A DNA stretch of 64,000 nucleotides, taken from positions 9,087-73,086 of the forward strand of contig CAZJHD010000015.1 in NCBI GenBank assembly GCA_964545855.1, in the 5' to 3' direction. Below, piece after piece: positions 29,120 through 38,100 of the stretch; the stretch's first letter is position 1; every line of letters starts with the position of its first letter. This DNA comes from an uncultured Planctomycetales bacterium (GTDB lineage: Bacteria; Planctomycetota; UBA1135; JACQFD01). The notes under the pieces are model-generated. The model made no database searches. It was not told the DNA's origin and was given only the letters and a program-made list of their open reading frames with translations. A program made the translations under genes and the position numbers.

Positions 29120-29758
29120 CTAGGGGCGAAGGTGCTTCTCGGTGACTCGCACCAGATAGGGCTCCAGGGCTGCGTGGGCCCGCGCGAGGCGCGACTTCAC
29201 GGTGCCAATGGAGCAGCGAAGGACTTCGGCAACTTCCTCGTAGGAGAGATTCTCGAGATAGCGGAGGACGACGATGGTTCGGAGCTTGGGAGAGAGGCGA
29301 TCGATGGCTGCCTGGATGTCAGACGCGAGCTCGTTCCGCTCCGCAATGCTCCGCGGTCTCGACGATCCGTCGTCCGTGGGCGCAAGGGCCCTCGCATCTC
29401 CACCGGGCCGCGATTCCTCCATCAGCGCATCGAGTGACGCGACGGACTTCGAAGAGGAACGGCGACACAGATCGATGCTCGCGTTGACGGTGATTCGGTA
29501 GACCCAACTGGAGAACTTCGACTGGAAGCGGAAATCGCGAACCTTGCGGAAGAGGATTGCAAACGTCTCTTGCGATGCATCGAGCGCGTCCGCCGCGTTG
29601 CCAGTGATGCGATAGGCGACGTTGTAGACACGATCTTTGTAGACGTCGTAGAGCTCTGCGAATCGAACGTCGAACTGAGAGCCCTCCGCCTCTTGGCAGC
29701 GGTGGATCAGATCGGCGTCGGGCCCATTCCGGGCCTCCTGGTCGGACGGCGATTTCAC
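29120..29758 (-). CDS. rpoE: ECF RNA polymerase sigma factor (RpoE/sigma-24-like)
   Basis: Region 2 ALDASQETFAILFRKVRDFRFQSKFSSWVYRITVN; region 4 LSYEEVAEVLRCSIGTVKSRLARA; GTG 29758 chosen as start. Confidence 0.9.
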   Translation of the reverse strand: MKSPSDQEARNGPDADLIHRCQEAEGSQFDVRFAELYDVYKDRVYNVAYRITGNAADALDASQETFAILFRKVRDFRFQSKFSSWVYRITVNASIDLCRRSSSKSVASLDALMEESRPGGDARALAPTDDGSSRPRSIAERNELASDIQAAIDRLSPKLRTIVVLRYLENLSYEEVAEVLRCSIGTVKSRLARAHAALEPYLVRVTEKHLRP

Positions 29759-30106
29759 GACCCTTTGTTCCCTTTCGAAGAGAATCTGACGCCGTTTACG
29801 GAGGCACCAGCGGACTCTGGCCTCGCCGTGGCGGGAGATTTTCCCCACTCGCCGCTCTTCCCTCGGACCTGATCGTAGCCCGAGTGCGACCCACGGGAAC
29901 TCGAACGCCGGCGCCCCGCAGGGGCTCCTTTCGACGACGCGCCGCGCGAAGACGGCGAACTCCCTCCCCCCACGAGCGCCGACTTCTCGATCACGCGGAC
30001 GCCGGGAGCTGGAATCCGGGCGTTCCCGTGCGGCCCACTCCTCGGCGCGACCTGAGGATCGGTGCGACTCTCGGCCTGCTCCCGATCCCAGCCCGAGGTC
30101 ATGTCC

Positions 30107-31087
30107 TCAGTTGCCGCCCCCGACGAGTGCCAGCGGGTCGATGGTCCGCAGCGTCCTTCCCACCTGCGAATCACACGCAACGGGGGAGCAAAGAGCGCCC
30201 GCGAGAGGCATGCAGTCGGCGGTCGTGGTCTCCAGGACGAGAATCGCCGGAGGCTCCACCGCGACGACCTGATTCGTGATCATGCAGACCATGTCGGGCG
30301 CGTAGCCCGGAGGCAGCATCACGACCTTCAGGGGGCGGAAGGACCCAGCTCCTCCACCACCAGGCGCCACGGGCATGTAGCTGAGCGAGGTGCCGTCCGT
30401 GTCGCCCACGCTCGTCGTCGTGAACATCGCGACGCTCGAGTAGGTCGATCCCGCGACGGTCGCGGAGAAGGCGACCGTGAACTGCGAGTAGCCGTCGAAG
30501 GACGAGAAGAGGTTCACCGCGCTCACGGGGAACCAGCTGTCCGACGAAACCGCGATCGATCCGCCCTCGAAGTTCTGCTGCGCGATCCAGCCCGAGAGGA
30601 TGGGATCCGTCAGGTCGAGTGCGGCAGGACCCTGGCCGAAGAAATCCGGCGCGTAGAGGAGCCCGAGCGGATTCGCGATCTCCAGCACGTCGCCATTCGG
30701 CACGTAGACGGAGACGTGGAGGTGGAAGCTCTCCCCCTCGATGTAGCCGAGCACGCGGACCGACGGCGTCGCGATAGCCGCGGCGTCGGGAACACTCGCG
30801 GAGTCGATCGGGTCGGTGCCGAGGATCGCCTCGATCATGTCCTCGACACCGTCGCCGTCCGAATCACGGCTCGAATTCGAGCCTCCGAACTGCGCCTCGA
30901 GGGAATCCGCGAGCCCATCGGCGTCGGCATCCACGCCGGGCTGCGTGACGCCAGGCTGCGCGCGCAGCGGGCTCGACGACGGGCTGGAAGCGAACCAGAA
31001 TCCGAAGCCGAGAACGCCTAGGCCGAGGAGCAGCGAACTCGCTCGGAAGGAAGCCTCACGCGCGTGCGTGCGCCACCGGGCAATCAT
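30107..31087 (-). CDS. Exported hypothetical protein with TSP3-like Ca-binding repeat and Cys-rich C-terminus
   Basis: N-terminal TM; DADADGLADSLE...DSDGDGVEDMIEAILGTDP; four Cys in the last ~60 aa; start ATG 31087 chosen. Confidence 0.7.
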   Translation of the reverse strand: MIARWRTHAREASFRASSLLLGLGVLGFGFWFASSPSSSPLRAQPGVTQPGVDADADGLADSLEAQFGGSNSSRDSDGDGVEDMIEAILGTDPIDSASVPDAAAIATPSVRVLGYIEGESFHLHVSVYVPNGDVLEIANPLGLLYAPDFFGQGPAALDLTDPILSGWIAQQNFEGGSIAVSSDSWFPVSAVNLFSSFDGYSQFTVAFSATVAGSTYSSVAMFTTTSVGDTDGTSLSYMPVAPGGGGAGSFRPLKVVMLPPGYAPDMVCMITNQVVAVEPPAILVLETTTADCMPLAGALCSPVACDSQVGRTLRTIDPLALVGGGN

Positions 31088-31513
31088 GGGCCGGGTCGTC
31101 GCGGCTCCGTCGAGAGACACGTCCCGGTGCGTCGACGCCGACTCGATCGTCCATTCGTCGGCGACGCGACGCTGAACGGAATTCGCGACTCGGTTCATTC
31201 GGTGCGGAACTGCCACTTCGGTGCGATCCAACGGCGTCCAGTACCAGAGGTCGACGTGCGCGTCGCGACGAGACTCGCGCCTACACACGTCCGGTGAAAA
31301 CGAGATTCGGCAAGGGTCAGACTAGTCCGGTACGTCGAAGCCCCGCAACCGAGAAAATCACTTGCGCGACGTCGGCGCAACACTCGCTCGCGCGTCCTCG
31401 GATCGCGGAGAGCTCGCGCTTGCGCGTGGGTCGGTCCGCGCTCGACGAGCTTCGGCTCGCGCACGGCGCGAATGCATGCACCGAGGTGCCCATCGCGTGT
31501 GCTTGTCGTGTGC

Positions 31514-31542
31514 TTGCGCCCTCGCGGAGGGACGCGTACCGT
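31514..31542 (+). promoter_or_regulatory. Sigma70-type promoter of tRNA-Arg
   Basis: TTGCGC-N17-TACCGT followed by a GC-rich discriminator (cccgccgc), 13 nt before the tRNA. Confidence 0.65.
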
Positions 31543-31555
31543 CCCGCCGCTTCGT

Positions 31556-31632
31556 GCGCCGGTAGCTCAGCTGGATAGAGCGTTAGCCTCCGGAGCTAAA
31601 GGTCGCGCGTTCGAATCGCGCCCGGCGTACCA
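31556..31632 (+). tRNA. tRNA-Arg (anticodon CCG)
   Basis: Cloverleaf: acceptor GCGCCGG/CCGGCGT, D-arm GCTC/GAGC, anticodon arm TTAGC-CTCCGGA-GCTAA, T-arm GCGCG-TTCGAAT-CGCGC, encoded CCA. Confidence 0.98.
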
Positions 31633-31902
31633 CCGCAACCTTGGGATCGAGAGGAGCTTGTATCGGAGAGTCCCAAGGATCCCCGGGGAAGCGGGAGCCG
31701 CGGCCGAGGCGGCACGACATCGCGCCCGCTGAGTCACGGGACGGGGTCGGAGGAAAATGCCCATTCGGTCGACGCGTGCGAGCCCCTTTCACGGGCATGC
31801 GCCCCGCGCGGTTTCGAGCCGGTGACCCGGGACGCGGCTCCCACGCGCGTTCGCGTCCGGCGGGTGGGAGGGAATCGAGTCCCGACGCACCCGGAACCTG
31901 CC

Positions 31903-32913
31903 GTGGATCGCCCTTCGACCGCCTCTCTCTGGCTTCCGATCGCGCTCGCTTCGCTCGCCGCGATTGCACCCTCGGCATCGGCCCAGGGCGCGGGGGCCTT
32001 CGGCGGAGAGACGCTCGGGCGCGTGGCCGTGCTTCCCATCGAGGGAGCTCTCGCCGACCGCGCGAAGTCGACGATCCGACGCCACCTCGGCAGCTTCCTC
32101 CAGGACCGCGGCTACGCGACGCTCGACGCGGACCTCCTCGACTCGCGCCTCACCCGCGAGGGCTTGAAGCCGTGGGAGCCGAGGTGGCTCCCCGCGGACG
32201 ACCGGATCGCGGCGATCGGTCTCGAGATCGGCGTCGACGCGATCCTCGTCGGACACGGGTTCGACGAGTCGAATCTGTCGGCCGTCTTCTTCTTCGACCG
32301 CTCTTTCTCGGGGCGCATCCGCATCCTGTCGGCGAAGACGGGCCGAACCCTCTGGTCCGCCGAGGCGAGCGAAGGACACACCGGCGGACTCCTGCTCCAG
32401 AGCGGGCAGGCGATTCGCGCGATTTCCGACACTCTCTCGAAGAGCAACGAGATCGTCCTCGAGCAGCTCGCCGTCGGCCTCGCCATGGAGCTCGTTTCCG
32501 ATCTGCCCCGCAACGCGAAGCCGGTCGCCCTCGGACCCCGACCGGTCGTCGAGCGCGTGTCGGTCGCCCCAGAGCTGCGGAGCTCCGCGGCCGCGCAAAC
32601 ACTCGGCGCCGGCGACGTCCTCATCGTGGAGGCGCACGGCACGGCCGGTGGTCGCGGCCGCGCGGCGGTTCCCGGCGTGGCGGGATCCCTTCCCCTCGTG
32701 GAGCAGGCACCCGGCGTCTATCGAGGATCGATGCGCATCGAAGCGGGGAGCGGCGTCCGCGAGGGCAAGGTCTCCGTCGCGATCTACGACGCCTATGGGC
32801 GGGCGAGCCGACCCGCCGCGAGCGACTCGGTCCTTCGCGTCGCCGCGCCGCGCTCTCCGCGGATCGACGAGGGACACGCAGTCGCGATCGCGGGACGCCG
32901 GCCCCGATCTTGA
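31903..32913 (+). CDS. Exported GNA1162/DUF799 (CsgG/TolB-N-like fold) protein with C-terminal Ig-like domain
   Basis: Signal peptide ending ASAQ; RVAVLPIEG...GLEIGVDAILVG...ILSAKTGRTLWS; tail TLGAGDVLIVEAHGTAGG...GVYRGS; start could be 31822. Confidence 0.65.
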   Translation: MDRPSTASLWLPIALASLAAIAPSASAQGAGAFGGETLGRVAVLPIEGALADRAKSTIRRHLGSFLQDRGYATLDADLLDSRLTREGLKPWEPRWLPADDRIAAIGLEIGVDAILVGHGFDESNLSAVFFFDRSFSGRIRILSAKTGRTLWSAEASEGHTGGLLLQSGQAIRAISDTLSKSNEIVLEQLAVGLAMELVSDLPRNAKPVALGPRPVVERVSVAPELRSSAAAQTLGAGDVLIVEAHGTAGGRGRAAVPGVAGSLPLVEQAPGVYRGSMRIEAGSGVREGKVSVAIYDAYGRASRPAASDSVLRVAAPRSPRIDEGHAVAIAGRRPRS

Positions 32914-32970
32914 ACGGCCGTCGTCGCGGAGGCCTCGAACCAGCGAGGCCATCGCCGCTACGCTCCGCGC

Positions 32971-34029
32971 GTGGGACATCCCGCGCGCCCCTCGATCATC
33001 CGTCTCTTCGCGCTGGCGCTGCTGGCCGCGGCCGCCTGCAGATCGAGCTGGCGCGAGGTGCGTCGCGATCCAGAGTTCCAGCCGACGGAGGCGCTCCCCC
33101 TTCGCATCGCCGTTCTTCCCTTCGAGGATGCGACGGGCGGCACGAGCCTCCTCCTCTATCCGTTTCTCCCGTTCATCTGGGCGGCGAACCTGCTCACGCT
33201 CCGGATTCCCAGGGCGGCCCCCGACACCGCGGTGGGCGCCCGCGTGCTGACGGAGCTCCTCGCCGCGCGGCTGCGAGGAACGGCCGTCGATCTCGTCGGC
33301 TCGACGGAGGTCGAATCTCTTCTCGCGGCGACCGGCTCAGCCACGCTGCCGGAAGGATTGTCTCCGCGGGAGCTCGGGGAGCGGCTCGGCGTCGACGCCG
33401 TGCTCTACGGACGTCTCCTCGGCTGGAGCGGACGTTACTACGTCGTCGAGGCGCACACCGTCGTCGAGGCGCACGTCCGCATCGTTTCGACCGAGGACGA
33501 CCGTGAGATCCTCGACGCGTTGATCGGCGTCACCGACCGGGAGGGTCTGACCGGCGGGCCCACGGGTTGGGTGAGCCTCGCGCTGACCCCGCTCGCGGCG
33601 CTCGGGAACGGTCCCTATCGCGCCCTTGCCATCCGCTGGGCCCAGCTCGCGGGAGATGCCGTCCTCGGCGTGGAGGCTCCCGCTGGCGGCGACGTGCGCA
33701 TCGAGTTCGCTGCGATCGTGGATCCGCTCTCCGAGACCCTCGCGCCCGGCGACACGCTCACCGTCGAGGCCCGCGGCACCCCTGGCTGCGCGGCGCACTT
33801 CGATCTCGCGACGCTGCGGCGCCGAATCCCCATGATCGAGATCGCGCGAGCGGAGGCCGACGATCCGTCGGCCGAGGATCTCTCCGTCTACCGCGGGAGC
33901 TACCTCGTGTCGGAGGGCGATCGTCTGGAAGGAGGATCCGTCCTGGTGACGCTCGAACGCGGAGGGCTGCGCGCGACGCGGACTTGTGACGGCGGCCCCG
34001 TCGTGATCGGGGCCGCCGGAGGGCGCTGA
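32971..34029 (+). CDS. Lipoprotein of GNA1162/DUF799-like family, paralog of the upstream gene
   Basis: Lipobox AAAAC; RIAVLPFED...GERLGVDAVLYG; tail TLAPGDTLTVEARGTPG...SVYRGSY. Confidence 0.7.
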   Translation: MGHPARPSIIRLFALALLAAAACRSSWREVRRDPEFQPTEALPLRIAVLPFEDATGGTSLLLYPFLPFIWAANLLTLRIPRAAPDTAVGARVLTELLAARLRGTAVDLVGSTEVESLLAATGSATLPEGLSPRELGERLGVDAVLYGRLLGWSGRYYVVEAHTVVEAHVRIVSTEDDREILDALIGVTDREGLTGGPTGWVSLALTPLAALGNGPYRALAIRWAQLAGDAVLGVEAPAGGDVRIEFAAIVDPLSETLAPGDTLTVEARGTPGCAAHFDLATLRRRIPMIEIARAEADDPSAEDLSVYRGSYLVSEGDRLEGGSVLVTLERGGLRATRTCDGGPVVIGAAGGR

Positions 34030-34540
34030 TCGGGCGTTCGCTTCGCTACGTGGGAGAGCGCTTCGCGCGTTCTTCGATGCGATGCTCCGATGGGCACACT
34101 TCAGCCCAAGGACACCAACGCGTCACGACGCCGGAGCCGCATTCGACGTGAACGCCCCGGTGACGATCGATTCGGCGACTTCTCGCGGACGGTGATCCTC
34201 GAGTCGAGCCACCAGGGGACGGTCTTCCGCTTCCGCGACTCCCCGATGAACCTGGTCCTCCGACCGAAGATCGAGGGATCCAGCCGCGGCTCGCTGCGCG
34301 TCTTCGTGCGCCGCGCGACGCTCACGAACCAGATCCCTCTGGATGGCGAGATCGAGATCCACTTCCGCGCGACCGGGATGCGGGCTCTCGAGCGCGCGCG
34401 TCGTGATCCGGTTCGGCCAGTCCGACTCGATCCTCCTTCGTAGCGGATTCCAGACCTCGGGAGTGGTGCCCACGTCGGTCGACACCGTCCGCGTCGCGTT
34501 CGGGCCGGTCTTCGATCGACTGATCGACGTCGCTCCGTAG
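34030..34540 (+). pseudogene. Frameshifted remnant of a beta-rich protein gene
   Basis: High-GC3 coding signal switches frame: AFDVNAPVTID (frame 2, to ~34171), FGDFSRT...IEIHFRATG (frame 1, to ~34377), then CGLSSARVVIRFG...LIDVAP-stop (frame 2, TAG 34538-34540). Confidence 0.5.
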
Positions 34541-34546
34541 CTCCAC

Positions 34547-34580
34547 GACGGGCCGGCGGCTCTCGAGCTGCCGGCCCGTC
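34547..34580. terminator. GC-rich hairpin between convergent genes (possible bidirectional terminator)
   Basis: gacgggccggcggct-ctcg-agctgccggcccgtc, a 15-bp stem with one G-U. Confidence 0.55.
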
Positions 34581-34596
34581 CTGCTTCCGGCGCCGC

Positions 34597-35034
34597 TCAG
34601 CCTCCGGCGGGCGCGTCCCAGTAGGCCCCTGGCCGGTACGTCCCGAAGTACCACTGGTGGCCCTCCGGGTCGCGGACCATGAATCCGCGCGAGCCGTACT
34701 CCTCGTCCTTCAGCGGCTCGATCATCTCCGCGCCCGCCGCGATCGCGCGCGCGTAGAGCGAGTCCGGATCCTCCACGCGCACGCAGAGCGCCTGGCACAC
34801 GGAGCCGCCCAGCCGCTTCGGGCCGACGCGCCGCTTCTCGGTCTTCGACGAGCTGACCATGATCACGCCGGATCCGAGCGTGAGCTCCGAGTGCATGACC
34901 GACCCCTCGGGCCCCGGCACGACGAGTCGCGCGCGGAACCCGAAGGCGCGACCGAGCCACTCGATGGCAGCCGGCGCATCGTCGTAGGAGAGCGACGGGT
35001 AGAAGTTCGGGATGTCGCGGTCCGGCTCGGCCAT
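34597..35034 (-). CDS. VOC/glyoxalase-bleomycin resistance family protein
   Basis: YPSLSYDDAPAAIEWLGRAFGF, HSELTLGSGVIM, EEYGSRGFMVRDPEGHQWYFG. Confidence 0.92.
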   Translation of the reverse strand: MAEPDRDIPNFYPSLSYDDAPAAIEWLGRAFGFRARLVVPGPEGSVMHSELTLGSGVIMVSSSKTEKRRVGPKRLGGSVCQALCVRVEDPDSLYARAIAAGAEMIEPLKDEEYGSRGFMVRDPEGHQWYFGTYRPGAYWDAPAGG

Positions 35035-35119
35035 GGGGCGCCTCCGAGGCAGAGACTACCAGCCGGATCTCGGGCTCCCCCGTTGCGGCGCCGCATGCGC
35101 GCCGCCATCGTCGCGGGCC

Positions 35120-38100
35120 ATGGGATGGCTCCCGCTCGGCCTCGGTGCATCGGTCCTCACGATCCTCGCGAGCGGCGCACTGGCCCAGTCGCCGCCGCGC
35201 GTCTTCCTGCGCGGCGGGCCCAAGACGCACGGCGAGGGACAGCACGACCACCCGCGCTTCGTCGAGGAGTGGAAGACGCTGCTGGCGGAGCGGGGCGCCG
35301 TGGTCGAAGGCGCGCTCCGCTTCCCGACCGCCGAGGAACTGGCGCGCACCGACGTCCTCGTTCTCTACGCCGCCGAGGGCGCGTCGATCCACGGCGAGGA
35401 GCGCGCGCGGCTGGAGGAGTGGATGGAGCGCGGCGGCGGCCTCGTGGTGATCCACGACGCGGTCTGCGGCGACGACCCGCAGTGGTTCCAGTCTCTTGCC
35501 GGCGGCGCCTGGGAGCACGGCCACTCGAAGTGGCTCGAGGGCCCGATCGGTCTCTGCTTCGCCGACCGCGAGCACCCGATCACGAAGGGCGTCGCGAACT
35601 TCGACCTCGACGACGAGATCTACTTCGATCTCCACGTCGATCCGAGGGCGCACGTCCTCGCGCACGCGTTCCACACGCCCTTCGACGTGACGCCGCAGAT
35701 GTGGACCTTCGAGCGCGGCGCGGGTCGCGCCCTCGTCTCGATCCAGGGCCACCGCCACGCGTCCTTCTCCCACGGCGCGTGGCGCACGCTGCTGCTGCGC
35801 GGCATCGCCTGGGCAGCGCAGCGCGACGCCGACCTGCTCACGACGCCGGCCGAGCGCGAGGCGCTCGCCTACCCCGAGGGCGGCCCGCTGCGCCCCGACG
35901 CCGCCGCGTCGGCGCTCCGCGTGCACGAGGACTTCACGATCGAGCTCGCCGCGGCGGAGCCGCTCGTCGTGAATCCGATCTCCATGGACTGGGATCCGCA
36001 GGGCCGCCTCTGGGTCGCCTGCACGCCCGGCTATCCCGACAAGGCCCGGTTCTCCGGCGTGCCGCCCCACGACCGCATCGTCGTGCTCACGGACCGCGAC
36101 GCCGACGGCCGCATGGACGAGGCGAAGACCTTCGCCGACGGCCTCGATCTCGTCACCTCCTTCGTCCTCTACCGCGACGGCGTGATCGCGAGCGCCGCGC
36201 CCGACATCCTCTACCTCGAAGACACCGACGGAGACGGCGTCGCCGATGCGCGCAGCGTCGTCTTCACGGGCTTCGGCTTCGGCGACACGCATGCCGTCGT
36301 CAGCAACTTCCGCCAGGGCCTCGACGGCTGGATCTACGCGACGCAGGGCTACAGCGGAAACGCGTCGCGCGACATCCGGAACTCGCTCGGGCAGAGCTTC
36401 GGCGCCATCGGCAACGGCCTCTTCCGCTTCCGTTCCGACGGCAGCGCGATCGAGATGGTCTCGTCCTACGGGTCGAACACCTGGGGCGTCGACATCGCGT
36501 GGGACGGCGAGATCTTCTTCACGATGGCGAACGGCTCGCACCTGCGGCACGTCGTGCTGCCGGAGCACAGCGCCGCGCCGGGGACCTTCCGCGGCCTCGA
36601 GAGCTGGAAGGACGTGACCGACCACGACCGCGTCTTCCCGCTGGTGCATCACGACCGGCCTCCCTACGTGCAGATCGACTTCGTCGGCGGCTTCACCGGC
36701 GCGTCGGGGTCCTGCCTCTACGACGGCGGCGCGTGGCCGGCGGACTGGGACGGCAACCACTTCGTCTGCGAGCCGACGGTGAACCTCGTGCATCGCGACC
36801 TGCTCGTGCCCGACGGCGTCACCTTCCGCGCGAGCAAGGCGAAGAACGAGGAGGACGAGGAATTCCTCGCGGCCACCGACCTCTGGTTCCGGCCCGTCCA
36901 CGCGCGCGTCGGGCCCGACGGCGCGCTCTGGATCCTCGACTTCTCGAACCAGGCGGCGATCCACAACGACACGCGCGGACCGAAGCACGGCCCGACGAAC
37001 GCCGCCGTGCGCCCCGACCGCGACCACGACCACGGGCGGATCTGGCGGATCCAGCACCGGGCGGCGAGTCCGCAGCCGGTGCCCCGCCTCGCCGGCGCGA
37101 GCCCGGCGGATCTCGTGGCGGCTCTCGAACATCGCAACGGCTGGGTCCGCGCGACGGCGGCGCGGCTGCTGATGGAGACGCCCGCGCCGAGGTCGAGCCC
37201 GGAGCTCTTTCGCATGGCGACGGAGAGCCCGTCGCCCGCCGCACGTATTCGCGCGCTCTGGATCCACGCGAGAGCGGGCTTCCCATCCGATCCCGAGAAG
37301 GACCCCTACCTCATCGCGGCGATCGGCGATCCGAGCCCCATCGTCCGGCGAAATGCAGTACGCGCCGTCGCACGGACCCTCGGCACCGTCGAGCCATCGC
37401 CAAGTCTCCTGGGCGTGCTCTCGAAGCTTGCCTGCGATTCGGACCCTCGCATGCGCCTCACGGCGATCACCGCTCTCAGAGCGCCGGATCAGCTGCCTCA
37501 CGTTTCGTGGATCTCTCTGCTCATGGCTTGGCTCATGGTCGAGGATCCCTGGACGCGGTCCTCCATCACCGGACTCGCACGGAGCAAGGGACTCGCTCGG
37601 GATCTCGACTCGATCCTGAAGGCCCTCGGGGGGCCCATCCCGGAGGACTTCCTCGTGGAATTCGCGGCGGGCATCGCCGTTCGTTCCGAGAGCTCCGAGC
37701 TCTCGCGGCTTCTCCAGGTCCTCGCGGAGCAGCCGGTCGAGCTCGCGCCGGTCGTCGCCGGACTCATCCGCCGATTCACGATCGAGCTTCCGACCGCTGC
37801 CACCGCCCCCCCTGGCATCGCACCACAGCTCGCCCGGCTCCTCCGCCATCCTGACCCCTCCGTCGCCATCGCCACGCTCCCGCTCGCCGCGCGGTGGGAC
37901 GCGAGGGGTGATCTCTCGAACGAGGTCACCGCCCTCGGCGATCGCCTCCTCGCGCTCCTCCGCGACGAGAGCACGCCCGACGCGCCGGCTCTCGAAGCCC
38001 TGCGCGCGCTCCTCGCCATCGACGCGCGGCGCGCCGCCGCCCTCGAGGCCGCCGCGACGCTGCTCGCGCCGCGCCGCGCCGCCGAGACGCAGTCGGCCGC

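Noticed and set aside
29759-30106. Autoregulatory sigma-E promoter upstream of rpoE
   Set aside because: The GGAAC candidates on the minus strand are either 20 nt from a CGTC or immediately adjacent to the start codon; the spacing does not fit ECF consensus.
31338-31356. gaagccccgcaaccgag resembling the cobalamin riboswitch core
   Set aside because: Other B12-box elements are absent and no B12-related gene lies downstream on that strand.
31556-34600. tRNA-Arg as integration site of a genomic island
   Set aside because: I saw no integrase or transposase and did not spot a duplicated tRNA 3' end (manual scan only); downstream genes are not mobile-element types.
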